A stretch of 64,000 nt of DNA from a virus (IMGVR_UViG_3300050011_000542:1-64000); one strand, 5' to 3'. Positions 9,257 to 19,384 are shown, counted from the stretch's first letter. The notes: a model not told the origin generated them from the sequence alone. A program made the numbers and translations.

Positions 9257-9766
9257 ATGGGCAAGCGTAAAGAAGCCGAGCAGCGTCATGCAATTAGTTG
9301 CAACGGCAGCTTTCATCTTTGGTTTATGGGCTACAAGGTAAAGGTTGTCGGGGCACCGTTCCGCAACTTTGTCAAGGCCAAGCCGACTGTGTGCCTGCTC
9401 GAAGAAATTCCGCAATGGATGACAGCCGGCGTTCATCTGCCGATCCAGGACTTTAAGACCCCAGAGATTGGCGAGTTGGAAACCGCCCTGATCAAGTCAG
9501 CTGCCTTGATGGGAGAACATCGTGAGCTCTATGTAGGCTGTGCTGGCGGCTACGGTCGTACAGGGACGTTTCTAGCAGCCCTGGTCAAGATCGCCGACAA
9601 GCCCCCGGCTCACGCAGTGTTCTATGTGAGAGCGGTCTACCACCACAAGGCTGTTGAAACAACCGACCAGTTCAGACTGGTTGAACAATGGAAGCCCAGC
9701 TTCTGGTTCATGCTCAAGTTCAAATGGAGCTTTGTGAAAGGTGTATTCCGGTATCTCTTTACCTAA
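9257..9766 (+). CDS. Cys-based protein-tyrosine/dual-specificity phosphatase-like protein
   Basis: LPIQDF acid loop, VGCAGGYGRTG (CX5R), AVETTDQ. Confidence 0.85.
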   Translation: MGKRKEAEQRHAISCNGSFHLWFMGYKVKVVGAPFRNFVKAKPTVCLLEEIPQWMTAGVHLPIQDFKTPEIGELETALIKSAALMGEHRELYVGCAGGYGRTGTFLAALVKIADKPPAHAVFYVRAVYHHKAVETTDQFRLVEQWKPSFWFMLKFKWSFVKGVFRYLFT

Positions 9767-9813
9767 GACCGTCACTCCCATACGATCGGTTTTATAGGTA
9801 AAGGAGAGGCGTA

Positions 9814-10899
9814 ATGTTGCCTTTTGACACTCTCGGGCATCATCGAGAGAGGCCGGTTAAAAAGAAACTCGATCTGTCATCGGTTCCGGTCGGGGCGGTT
9901 TCGAAGAAGGCCAAGGCATACACCGATAAGCCAATGGTCGAGCCCGTCCATGAAGCGGCCTGGTTCTACGTGTATAGTCAGGCCGACCAGGCGATAGCGA
10001 AGCAGTATCATCCACTGGAGCCACTGCCCCAAGACGTGCTCGATATCGTGATCGACCGCATGGACCACATGAATCGTCTGGCAACCCGGATGTTCTACTA
10101 CCTGCTGGTGGTATGCACCCGCGAGGCTCGGCACGAGCATGGCACTCTTGACTATGAGTTCATGTCTCAGGAGTTCGGCCCCGAAGCCTCTACCTTTCAT
10201 CAGTCGATTAAGTCGAGTGGAGAACAGGGGGCTGTTGGCAAGCTCTATAATCACCCGCCCCTGATGGGCCTGGGCGCTTATACTCGCTCTTTGCAGCACA
10301 TCTTCTACAAGGGCGGTTTTAACGGAGGTTATGGAGGCCCGAAGTGGGGCAGCATAGCTGACTGCCTAGCCTCCTATGCGACCGGCCAGACCACTGGCGA
10401 GGAAATGATCGATACCGCCTTTACGCTGGAGCACAATGGCGGGGCGATGTTTAACAAGAATGTGTTCTTTAGCTTTGCTCACAGTCAAATTCATAAGATT
10501 TTGGATGTTCAGAGGTCGGGGCAAGTTCCGGCTCTGATGATGGCCCCGGTCGGTCAATATCCAAAAAAGTACATACCAGAAGGTATCCTTGAACAGATAC
10601 TGAAGATGAGAAATGTCCTCGGAGAGGATTTCATCGACCGCGCTTATGTGGATTGGTACAAGGTAATGGCCTTGGGCTCTATCCATGACTATTGGGGGTA
10701 CACGACTGCCCAGAAGGAAGTCCACGGCGATAGCCAGTGGGAAGCCCAGGCAGAGAAAATGAAGAACAAACCCGCGAAACAGAATGTGCCTGATTTTAAT
10801 AAGATGCTCGCTACGAAAGAGCCGGCTTGGACGAAAGAAACCCATTTCATCCTGCCAGGGCAGCTCGGCGCCTTGAAGAAACTGGCGAGGGCCGCATGA
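9814..10899 (+). CDS. Conserved-looking hypothetical phage protein
   Basis: 361 aa, AAGGAG RBS, motif-like segments REARH, GGYGGPKW, IDTAFTLEHNGG. Confidence 0.75.
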   Translation: MLPFDTLGHHRERPVKKKLDLSSVPVGAVSKKAKAYTDKPMVEPVHEAAWFYVYSQADQAIAKQYHPLEPLPQDVLDIVIDRMDHMNRLATRMFYYLLVVCTREARHEHGTLDYEFMSQEFGPEASTFHQSIKSSGEQGAVGKLYNHPPLMGLGAYTRSLQHIFYKGGFNGGYGGPKWGSIADCLASYATGQTTGEEMIDTAFTLEHNGGAMFNKNVFFSFAHSQIHKILDVQRSGQVPALMMAPVGQYPKKYIPEGILEQILKMRNVLGEDFIDRAYVDWYKVMALGSIHDYWGYTTAQKEVHGDSQWEAQAEKMKNKPAKQNVPDFNKMLATKEPAWTKETHFILPGQLGALKKLARAA

Positions 10900-11600
10900 C
10901 CGCTACAGTCAGTCGTTTCGACGAATACCTGTTCGATAAGGACGACGATATGTCCAAGAAGAAGGGTCACAGTCACGGGTATGGTCTTAATGACTTTGGC
11001 CTGGGCAAGTGTGCCCTGTCGCATCCTGCCCTGGTGATAGGCGACCACAAGATCTGGGGCGGCTCGTGCGTGGCCCCGGCCATTACCGATTGTGATGTCT
11101 ACATAGGCTTCGACCGAGGCATGGGACTGACCGCCAAGCGGTTTCCCTGGACTAGCGGCCACGAGTTCCTGTTTCCGATCCCCGACATGGGTGTGCCCGC
11201 CACTGTCCCGACTTTCAGGGCGTTGGTAAAATGGACTGCCCAGCAGCTGGAAGAAGGTTTGAAGGTGCATTGCGGCTGTATAGGAGGCCACGGCCGCACC
11301 GGCACGTTCCTAGCCGCCCTGGTCAAGGAAATGACCGGCAACGAAGACGCCATCGAATATGTGCGCGAGCACTACTGCAAGAAGGCTGTTGAGTCGAACG
11401 AGCAGATAGCCTTTCTGGTCAAGAATTTCGGCATCAAGTCGACCAAGGCCAACAAGGTATGGAGTCACAGCCCAGCCAAGTCAGCTATCAAGTGGCCAGC
11501 CCAGACAGGCAGTAGCAAGGCAGCAGCTGTAAATGCCAACAGCAACACTTTCTTCCCGATGAAGACCGGCTACACGCTATTTACTGCCGGTAAAACTTGA
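10896..11600 (+). CDS. Second Cys-based PTP/DSP-like phosphatase
   Basis: FPIPDMG, HCGCIGGHGRTG (CX5R), KAVESNEQ; ATGA coupling. Confidence 0.85.
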   Translation: MTATVSRFDEYLFDKDDDMSKKKGHSHGYGLNDFGLGKCALSHPALVIGDHKIWGGSCVAPAITDCDVYIGFDRGMGLTAKRFPWTSGHEFLFPIPDMGVPATVPTFRALVKWTAQQLEEGLKVHCGCIGGHGRTGTFLAALVKEMTGNEDAIEYVREHYCKKAVESNEQIAFLVKNFGIKSTKANKVWSHSPAKSAIKWPAQTGSSKAAAVNANSNTFFPMKTGYTLFTAGKT

Positions 11601-11624
11601 TCCCATCGGGGATATGACTACGAT
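11597..11624 (+). promoter_or_regulatory. Putative sigma70-type promoter TTGATC-N16-TACGAT
   Basis: Shares CTACGATACCCT and downstream CAAATT with the site at 59849-59891. Confidence 0.45.
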
Positions 11625-11660
11625 ACCCTCATAACAAATTTCCCATGGATGGGGCCGGTA

Positions 11661-12467
11661 ATGATATCGTTTACTAACCTTGCAAACCTCAATCTGGAGT
11701 GCCTCACGGCCGACGCCATGCTGGCGCCTTTGGCGAAAGACCTGCAGACGCAAGGTGTGAAGCTGTCTCCGAGTGCCAAGGGTCTCGATCTGCTGAAAGA
11801 CGGAAAATACGTGTACCGGGGCGTGTCGCTGCGCCCACAGACGGTTCTGGATTTCCTCGATAAGAAGCTGGGCGATCGGCAGATGTCGGTGCGGACGCTG
11901 CTGCTGCACTGGCTTAATGGTGCCAGCATGGCTGCTGAGAAGACCCCAAATGAAGCGTCTACGCTAAAGGAAGCTTGGCAAAAAGCTGCGGCTTCAGGAG
12001 GTGACATTATCCTGAAACCGCCCAGTGAAAAGATCAAGATAGAAACGATCAATGTAACCGGGGCCGGTAGTTATCCGGTTTCTAGTGACCCTTTGGAAGC
12101 CTCTATCGTTAAGCTGGCCCAGGCCACGGCGCTATATCAACGAGTACACGGTACTGGGGCTGGCACGATCTATTTTATGATCGCGGCCACTGCAGACGGC
12201 AGCTTAAAGCTGGCTGCCAGGTATCTGGCCAGCGGCAACAAGCTTACTCTCCGGGCCGAAGGTAGCATGATTAAGCATGGGGCTCGTCTGCAAGCGGCCG
12301 GGATCGACGTGAAGAAAGACTATGCTTCGGTGCATCTGCATGCCGAGAACAATCAGATGCTGGCCAGGGCTTTGGGGGCGTTCCTCTATGCCCTGGATGT
12401 AGAGTGGGCGACTCCACTGCCCCGGCTTAGCACGATTATATCGCTATGCGCTCACGGGGCTAAGTGA
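11661..12467 (+). CDS. Hypothetical protein
   Basis: Long ORF; start placed after the CCC-ATGGAT-GGG hairpin. Confidence 0.7.
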   Translation: MISFTNLANLNLECLTADAMLAPLAKDLQTQGVKLSPSAKGLDLLKDGKYVYRGVSLRPQTVLDFLDKKLGDRQMSVRTLLLHWLNGASMAAEKTPNEASTLKEAWQKAAASGGDIILKPPSEKIKIETINVTGAGSYPVSSDPLEASIVKLAQATALYQRVHGTGAGTIYFMIAATADGSLKLAARYLASGNKLTLRAEGSMIKHGARLQAAGIDVKKDYASVHLHAENNQMLARALGAFLYALDVEWATPLPRLSTIISLCAHGAK

Positions 12468-12676
12468 TGTCCAAGTATAAGGTGCCAGCTGAGCTCGTGA
12501 CGGTGATCCAGAGCCTCGGTGTTGGCGATATGGTAGACGGTAGACCCCTGTTCCCCGGCATCTGCGACGAGCCGGTGAAAGCAGAGCTCAGGTTTCGCGA
12601 CGAAGACCAGCACCAGATGCGACTCAGCTATTTCGGGATAAAGCTCTGTACTCGTACTTACGTCGCCAAGGAATAG
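12464..12676 (+). CDS. Hypothetical protein
   Basis: Coupled ORF. Confidence 0.6.
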   Translation: MMSKYKVPAELVTVIQSLGVGDMVDGRPLFPGICDEPVKAELRFRDEDQHQMRLSYFGIKLCTRTYVAKE

Positions 12677-12678
12677 GC

Positions 12679-13119
12679 ATGTCGCACACGTACCCGACCA
12701 TTTCTCTCTACACTCTGGCTGATACGCTGGAATGTAAGATCGAGGTTAACAAGCAGGGCCTGGTCGAGGTAGCGCGACCCGTCCGGTTTTCGGCCCCGAA
12801 AGGTATGGCCTTTGAAGAGAAGATGATGGCGATTGGCTCATGCTTTATTCCCGATGAGAAAGTCACCTGCCTACTGCTAAAGCTTGATGTCGAGGGTGAT
12901 CTAAGAGTAATCCTGGGCACGTCGTCATCGGCCACTCCGGAGACCTTCGTTTGGTTTGTTGATGCGTCGAAGTCTAAGGATTTAAGCAAGTTCGACGATC
13001 TTGAGTCTCTGCCTGATCTGTTTGGTATGGTCGGGGCCGGGTTGGTAAAGTGCTTTATGCAGAAGGGCAAGAACACGCCTTGGCACGAACGCGACCTTAA
13101 TGAGTTTCTTGTGCTTTAG
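12679..13119 (+). CDS. Hypothetical protein
   Basis: ORF with AAGGA RBS. Confidence 0.65.
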   Translation: MSHTYPTISLYTLADTLECKIEVNKQGLVEVARPVRFSAPKGMAFEEKMMAIGSCFIPDEKVTCLLLKLDVEGDLRVILGTSSSATPETFVWFVDASKSKDLSKFDDLESLPDLFGMVGAGLVKCFMQKGKNTPWHERDLNEFLVL

Positions 13120-13130
13120 GAGTTAGGCTT

Positions 13131-13352
13131 ATGGCCGCACTAAAATTAGGAACGACTTCTGAATTTATAGAGTTTGTTAGGCAAGGTACTCAGATTCATG
13201 TCTTCATTCGTGAGAAGGCGTGCCCAGAAACCAAAAACAAACCGTCTCATTGTGAATTCACGCTGGGTATGGCCGAGGCTGAGAAACTAGCAGCGTGGTT
13301 ACAGAGACGAGTTTCACCACGGACGGTGATTGATGCTAACGATCTGGACTGA
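13131..13352 (+). CDS. Hypothetical protein
   Basis: ORF with AGGAG RBS. Confidence 0.6.
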   Translation: MAALKLGTTSEFIEFVRQGTQIHVFIREKACPETKNKPSHCEFTLGMAEAEKLAAWLQRRVSPRTVIDANDLD

Positions 13353-15702
13353 CCAGTACGATAAGAAGGTTCTCGACCAGACAATCGGGGCTGGGTTGAA
13401 AGACCTGCCTGATGTGCCTGAGCATCGTATGCTCGCCTTGAAAGACGAGCTGTACTTACCGCAGGTAGGAGAGGTTGTTCTAGCCTGCGGTAAGAAGGCT
13501 TTGCAGCTGCTGCAGGCCCACAAGCTCGTACCGAAGAACCGGGGCTTAGAATCTCAGCGCGGTAATGCTATCCAAGCCTCGGCCGAGGGCGGTAAGTATC
13601 TAATCACGGTCGACCCCTACCTAATCAACAGCGATGCTAACATTGGTTTTGAGATAGGCTGGGACATACGCCTGGCCTGGCGTTTGCTCAAGCACGGTCA
13701 TACCAGGGCGATCCTGGGCAACTATCGCTGGGTGCCAGACTTCTCCGATGCAATCAATTGCATCAAAGCCAAATTCGCCCAGACCGGAAAGCCAGTCTCT
13801 ATATCCATGGATACCGAATCCATGGGCCTTTACCCATGGTATCCAGATAAGCACCTGCTCACTGTCCAGGTTACGCATACGGTTGGCATGGCCGATGTCT
13901 ACAAGGTGCCAGCGGGTGGCCAGTTCCATCCTGAAGTCGCCCAGCAAATCTCCTGGCTGCTCAACAGCCCTATGGTTAAGACCAGGGGAGCTAACTTCAA
14001 ACACGACCTGTTGTGGTTCTGGGTGAAGCTCAGTTTGGAATGTTCGAACTTCAGCCTCGACACGACCTTGGCAGGCAGTTTGTTAAATGAAAATCGCTCG
14101 AACAGTTTGAATACTCACGTCAAGTGGTACGACCCAGAATTGGGTGGCTACGACGATGACCTGAACAACAAGCATGATAAAGGGCACATGGAGCTCGTGC
14201 CTGACGACGAGTTATTGCCCTACGCAGGAGGCGACACGGACGGCGATCTACGAGTCTCCAATCACATGATTAAAGAACTGGGCCAAGACCAGCAGTTGTT
14301 CAAGTTTTACATCACGATCCGCCATCCTTCGGCGCGAGCCTTCGAGAAGATTGAACGTCGAGGCGTGGTGTTCGATGTTGAGAAGGCGACCAAGCTAGGC
14401 GAGGAGCTGCAAGCGACTTCGAAGGAGCTGAACAGGGAAGCACTAGATCTGCTTCCGGCTCGGCTTAAAATGAAGTACATGGACAACCTGTCGCTCACGC
14501 GACCGGCGATCCTGCGTGATTATTTCTTTACGCCTCTGGGCCTCAATCTAAAGCCTAGGGTTTACACAGCTTCTGTAGAGAACCCGCAGCCGTCTACGGC
14601 CAAGTCGCATTTGCAGATGTTTGCTGACGATCCTGCAGCTAAACGCATGTGCGAAGTCATGACCGAGATGCGGTCGTGCGATAAGATGAACAGCACGTAT
14701 GTTGTCGGTTTCTTGTCTCACCTACGCCCTGATGGTTTGTTACACCCGACATATTTCCTGTTCAAGGGCGAAGCCTACGAGAACGATGACGGGGATGATG
14801 ATGCGGGGGTTGTTACCAGCAGACTCTCCTGTCGCGATCCGGCTTTCCAGACAATTCCCAAGCGCTCGAAGTGGGCTAAAAAGATTAGAGCCTGTTACCC
14901 GGCCCCGCCAGGATACGTCATGTGGGCCGTAGATTATTCCCAAGGTGAGCTCAAAATTGCCGCTTGCTTGGCAAATGAAAAAACAATGATACAGGTCTAC
15001 CTCGACGGATTTGATCTCCACAGCAAGACTGCTTCAGGTATTGCCGGAATGAGTGTTGAAGACTTTCTTGCATTGGAGCAAAGCAACAACTTGTTGTTTA
15101 CACAGTATCGCACAGCAGGTAAGGCTGGTAACTTTGGTCTTATTTACGGAATGGGAGCAGAAGGCTATCAGGTGTATTGTTGGGCTCAGTTCGGGGTTAA
15201 GAAAACGATTGAAGAGTGCGAGAACGAGCGCAACGCCTTCTTCGCCACTTACCCGGAGCTATTGCCCTGGCACGCTAATTACAAACACATGGCCCATCAA
15301 AACGGGCATGTACGATCGCCTTTGGGTGTTGCCAGGCACCTACCTCTGATCCATAGCCGCAACGGCTATGAGCGCAGTAAGGCTGAAAGAATGGCCGTGA
15401 ATTCCCCGGTGCAAGCGACTCTGTCAAATGCCCTGGAATGGTCTATTGTCCGGGTAGACCAGGAAATACCAGAGGACGACGCCTTCGTTGTCGGCATGGT
15501 TCACGACCAGATGATCGGCTACGCCAAGGCAGATAAGGTCGACAGTATCGTTCCTCAGATCATGGAGCTCTGCGAGACACTGCCGTTTGAGAAAGAGTTT
15601 GGCTGGAAGCCTCAGTTGAAATTCACGGTCGATGCCGAAATCGGCCCCGACATGGCCTCGCTCAAAAAGGTGCCCAGGCCGGAGTTCCTACTCGCAGCAT
15701 AG
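13333..15702 (+). CDS. Family A DNA polymerase with 3'-5' exonuclease and N-terminal UDG-like remnant
   Basis: ExoI SMDTES, ExoII NFKHD, ExoIII YAGGD; motif A DYSQGELK, motif B RTAGKAGNFGLIYG, motif C VHD. Confidence 0.95.
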   Translation: MLTIWTDQYDKKVLDQTIGAGLKDLPDVPEHRMLALKDELYLPQVGEVVLACGKKALQLLQAHKLVPKNRGLESQRGNAIQASAEGGKYLITVDPYLINSDANIGFEIGWDIRLAWRLLKHGHTRAILGNYRWVPDFSDAINCIKAKFAQTGKPVSISMDTESMGLYPWYPDKHLLTVQVTHTVGMADVYKVPAGGQFHPEVAQQISWLLNSPMVKTRGANFKHDLLWFWVKLSLECSNFSLDTTLAGSLLNENRSNSLNTHVKWYDPELGGYDDDLNNKHDKGHMELVPDDELLPYAGGDTDGDLRVSNHMIKELGQDQQLFKFYITIRHPSARAFEKIERRGVVFDVEKATKLGEELQATSKELNREALDLLPARLKMKYMDNLSLTRPAILRDYFFTPLGLNLKPRVYTASVENPQPSTAKSHLQMFADDPAAKRMCEVMTEMRSCDKMNSTYVVGFLSHLRPDGLLHPTYFLFKGEAYENDDGDDDAGVVTSRLSCRDPAFQTIPKRSKWAKKIRACYPAPPGYVMWAVDYSQGELKIAACLANEKTMIQVYLDGFDLHSKTASGIAGMSVEDFLALEQSNNLLFTQYRTAGKAGNFGLIYGMGAEGYQVYCWAQFGVKKTIEECENERNAFFATYPELLPWHANYKHMAHQNGHVRSPLGVARHLPLIHSRNGYERSKAERMAVNSPVQATLSNALEWSIVRVDQEIPEDDAFVVGMVHDQMIGYAKADKVDSIVPQIMELCETLPFEKEFGWKPQLKFTVDAEIGPDMASLKKVPRPEFLLAA

Positions 15703-15750
15703 CATAGCCAATCCGTTTCCCCTCCGTAGCCAAGGCACGGAGGCCGAACG

Positions 15751-17421
15751 GTGGCTGGTAGGAAAAAATTAGACCCGGTAGAGGTAGGCCGGGTTTCTGA
15801 AATCGGCCCGATGCCTGTCGAGGCAATGATACAGCGCTCGTTGCAGCCTGTTGTCTGGAGCTCTGACGAAAACAAATACGTTAAGCGCGACAAGGCCGAT
15901 GTAGCTACCAGCGGCACCACGCACTCGAACGCCCTGAGCTACGAAGACGAGTTTACGGCCTTTTATACCGACCCGACTCTGCTGGGCTCTGGCGTCTCGA
16001 TTATGATGCCCCCTTTCAATATGCAGCAGTTGGAAGAGCTGGCCCAGAACAACAATGCCCTGATGCCTTGCATCGACTCGATGATCGCTAACATCGACGG
16101 CACGGGCCACATCATCAAGCCGATCGACAACACCGATCCTAACAAGCGCCAGGAAACCAGCATAGGGTCGCTGAACGATTTCTTCAATGAAGTCTATCCG
16201 GGCATGTCGTTTATCGGCTTACGCAAGCTGATCCGCCGCGATCTGGAAACTGTCGGTAATGCCTTTATCGAAGTGCTTCGGACCATGGACGGCAAGATTG
16301 CTTTCATGCGTCACATCGAAGCCAAGACCATGCGTATCGTGCGGCTCGATAATGCCGTGCTCGTTGCCAAAGAGGTTATGCGTAATGGCAAGCTGGTAAA
16401 GATCAACATCAATGTGCGCGAGCGCCGGTTCGTGCAACGGGTCAATCTCAAGCTGCAGTATTTTAAGGAGTACCAGGCCAGCCGAGAGGTTAGTAAGACT
16501 ACCGGGGCCTGGGAAACTGCCCAGTCCCCTGTTGCAGTAACTGACCGGGGCACTGAAGTTGTTCATTTCATCAAGATGAAAGACCCAGGCACTCCTTATG
16601 GCGTACCGTTGTGGGTTCCGCAAATTCCTAGCGTGCTCGGTAGCCGTAAGGCCGAGGAGTACAATCTCAATTTCTTTGACTCAGGGGGTATCCCGCCGGT
16701 GCTGTTCATCGTCTCTGGCGGTGTAATGGCGGAAAAGGCCAAGGAGTATCTCAACCGCTTAATGTCCTCGTCGGGGTCTCTTAGGTCTCGGGGCGCTGTT
16801 CTTGAAGCCTATGCGACAGATGGCTCTCTGGAGCAGGCGAACAACGTCAAGGTGACGGTCGAGCGCTTCGGTCACGAGCGCCAATCCGATAGCCTGTTCG
16901 AAAACTATGATAAGCGATCGGCGAACCGGGTTCGCATGGCCTGGCGCTTGCCCAGCCTGCTGATCGGGGATGTGACCCAGTACACCTACGCGGCGGCTTA
17001 TGCGAGCTACTCGGTTGCCGAGGCCCAGATATTTTCACTTGAGAGAAAAGACTTCGACGAATTTGTGAACACCAGGCTGTTGCCTGAGCTCGATCCCAAG
17101 CGCGAATTCGTCTTCAAGTCCAATCCGCTCATGGTCAAGGACTCTCCGTTGCAGATGGAGGCTATGACATTGGCAGCCGCTGCTGCGGTGATCGACGGCG
17201 ATGAGTTGGTTACCAACCTCAATCGCATTGCCGGCACTGAGATGCATTACAGCGATAATTCCACTCTGCCCGTAGGACCAATTACTAGTAGAGTGATACC
17301 GGGGCAATCTGCTGATGGCAGTAGCACTGTCGATCAGGGCCATAGCGGGCGTGGGTCTACCCCGCACGTGGCCCCGCGCGGCTCGAAAAAAAGCGTCGAG
17401 CTTGAAGAAGAGCCCACGTAA
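15751..17421 (+). CDS. Portal protein (PBSX/XkdE-like)
   Basis: DLETVGNAFIEV, EVVHF, PYGVPLW, YNLNFFDSGGIP motifs; first gene of head cluster. Confidence 0.85.
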   Translation: MAGRKKLDPVEVGRVSEIGPMPVEAMIQRSLQPVVWSSDENKYVKRDKADVATSGTTHSNALSYEDEFTAFYTDPTLLGSGVSIMMPPFNMQQLEELAQNNNALMPCIDSMIANIDGTGHIIKPIDNTDPNKRQETSIGSLNDFFNEVYPGMSFIGLRKLIRRDLETVGNAFIEVLRTMDGKIAFMRHIEAKTMRIVRLDNAVLVAKEVMRNGKLVKININVRERRFVQRVNLKLQYFKEYQASREVSKTTGAWETAQSPVAVTDRGTEVVHFIKMKDPGTPYGVPLWVPQIPSVLGSRKAEEYNLNFFDSGGIPPVLFIVSGGVMAEKAKEYLNRLMSSSGSLRSRGAVLEAYATDGSLEQANNVKVTVERFGHERQSDSLFENYDKRSANRVRMAWRLPSLLIGDVTQYTYAAAYASYSVAEAQIFSLERKDFDEFVNTRLLPELDPKREFVFKSNPLMVKDSPLQMEAMTLAAAAAVIDGDELVTNLNRIAGTEMHYSDNSTLPVGPITSRVIPGQSADGSSTVDQGHSGRGSTPHVAPRGSKKSVELEEEPT

Positions 17422-17485
17422 GTAACCGGCTCTAGCCTACAACCGAGTTACTGCAATCGATTGCACTGACCGCGTTATGCGGTCG

Positions 17486-18079
17486 ATGGCCAATCAACAT
17501 GCCCAGATCAAAAAGAGTGACGAAGAACTCCAGATAGTTTGGTCTGAAGTTTACGCACCCATGATTCCAGATAGTACCGGCGATTACATGACCGCCGATG
17601 AAATCCGCAAGATCGCCTACGATTTCCTTATCAAGCGCCGCACCGCCCAGATCGACGTAAACCACGACAACGTGTTGTATGGCTGCTTTGTTGTCGAGAG
17701 CTTTATCGCGCGTGAGGACGACCAGATATTCATCCCAGGTTCTTGGGTACTGGGAGTGCATATCCCGCCTCCAGAAATCTGGGCCATGGTCAAGTCTGGC
17801 GAGCTCAACGGCTTCTCTATGGAGATCTATGCTGTTCGCACTCCAACCTCGCTTTTAATGGAAATCCCAGAGGTCATTGCTGGTTTAACAGAGATCACCG
17901 AAGGTCATGATCACCGCTTTGAAGTCTCTTACGACGATGACGGCAGCTTCGTTGGTGGAAAGACTAACACGGTAGCTGGCCATTACCATGAGATCGTGCG
18001 CGGCACAGTAACGGAACCGGCCCACAACCATACACACCGTTTCTCGTATGTCGAGGTTCTGGCAGATGCCCAAGGTTGA
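17486..18079 (+). CDS. Prohead serine protease (XkdF-like)
   Basis: EVYAPMIPDSTGD, IDVNH, VVESFIAR, GSWVLG, WAMVKSGELNGFS. Confidence 0.85.
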   Translation: MANQHAQIKKSDEELQIVWSEVYAPMIPDSTGDYMTADEIRKIAYDFLIKRRTAQIDVNHDNVLYGCFVVESFIAREDDQIFIPGSWVLGVHIPPPEIWAMVKSGELNGFSMEIYAVRTPTSLLMEIPEVIAGLTEITEGHDHRFEVSYDDDGSFVGGKTNTVAGHYHEIVRGTVTEPAHNHTHRFSYVEVLADAQG

Positions 18080-19352
18080 TGTCCAAGCAAATGAATTGAC
18101 GGACGGTGAGGTTCGGTACGTGTCGCTGGTAAGTCGCGGCGCCAATCGCATCCCGTTCAGGATCACGAAAAGTAGTGAGGGTGAGATGGATTTGGATATC
18201 TCGAAGCTGTTCCGCCGCAAAGGTGAGCTCGCCGGTCTTCAGGGGGGCATTGCCCCGGTTGTGACCAAAGTGGTGTTGCCGAAGACCGACGCGGAAGGTG
18301 AGCTCGATATCCAGAAGACCCTGATTACGACTTTGGGTTTTAAGGCCGACGACGTGACCGAGGGTGACACTTATCGGTCCTTTAAGCAGGCCGATGGTGA
18401 GCTTGACGAAGTGGCGCTGAAGCTTGACGAGGGTATTCACCTGGTCGTGGCACACGCCAAGAAGTCCTTTATGGACCTGGGCGGGGCCAATGAGGGCAAC
18501 AGCTTTGCCACTCAGGGCTTTTTCCCCAGCTTCTACAACGCGATGGACATGCTGTCGGCTTCGGTCTGGGATCTGATGGCCGATGCCAACTCCTCGCCGG
18601 AAGCGGCCCAGAAGCTTGAACTGGTTGCTACTGATTTCGGCAACTACATGAAGACCTTGATTTCGGCGATCCCGGAGACTGCCTGGAAGGCTGACAAGGA
18701 AGTTCAGGCTATTCGGGTGAAGCGCGAGAACGCTCCGGCAGGTACTGAGGAGAGTGGCATCAAGAAGTCGGACGAAGCCCCGACCCTTGAACAGATTCTC
18801 AAGTCGATCGTCGATGGCAAGCTGACCAAGAGCGTGCTCGAAGGGCTGGCCAAGGCTGATAGCGGAGAGGTCGCCGGCTACATTGCCGAGATCACCGGCA
18901 TGAAGGTCGCTGATATCACGACTGTTCTGGGCAATCCGCAAGCTGGCGGCAAGCTAGTCGCTGACGTGTCGCTTAACGAAAGCGCTGATTACGCAGCCGG
19001 GCTTGGCAAGCCGAGCACCGACAATGCGCTGTCGCCAGCTACGGACGCCGTAGACAGCGAGGCTTTCCTGAAGTCCGACGCAGGCAAGGGTCTGCTCGCG
19101 GCTTTCGGTGAGATTGTGAAACAGACTGTCGCTCCCATTCAGGAGACGATCGAGAAGATGGACGGGCGTTTGGGGACGGTTGAAGCGACCGCGACCGAGG
19201 CCAAAGAGCTTGCCACCAAAGCCGATGGCACTCTTTCGACCACTCTGGCCGGTGGGAGTGACACTGGTGACCTAGAAGTACGACGTGAGACGGTGCGTAA
19301 GGGTTCGGGCGGTCCGCCGCCACTGCTCGATACGGCCTTCATGCGCCCGTAA
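18066..19352 (+). CDS. Capsid scaffolding-like protein
   Basis: Between protease and MCP; N-terminal VSLVSRGANRIPFRITK, acidic/coiled-coil body. Confidence 0.6.
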   Translation: MPKVDVQANELTDGEVRYVSLVSRGANRIPFRITKSSEGEMDLDISKLFRRKGELAGLQGGIAPVVTKVVLPKTDAEGELDIQKTLITTLGFKADDVTEGDTYRSFKQADGELDEVALKLDEGIHLVVAHAKKSFMDLGGANEGNSFATQGFFPSFYNAMDMLSASVWDLMADANSSPEAAQKLELVATDFGNYMKTLISAIPETAWKADKEVQAIRVKRENAPAGTEESGIKKSDEAPTLEQILKSIVDGKLTKSVLEGLAKADSGEVAGYIAEITGMKVADITTVLGNPQAGGKLVADVSLNESADYAAGLGKPSTDNALSPATDAVDSEAFLKSDAGKGLLAAFGEIVKQTVAPIQETIEKMDGRLGTVEATATEAKELATKADGTLSTTLAGGSDTGDLEVRRETVRKGSGGPPPLLDTAFMRP

Positions 19353-19384
19353 GCGTCAATTGAGTTAAGCCCACGGAGGGGATA

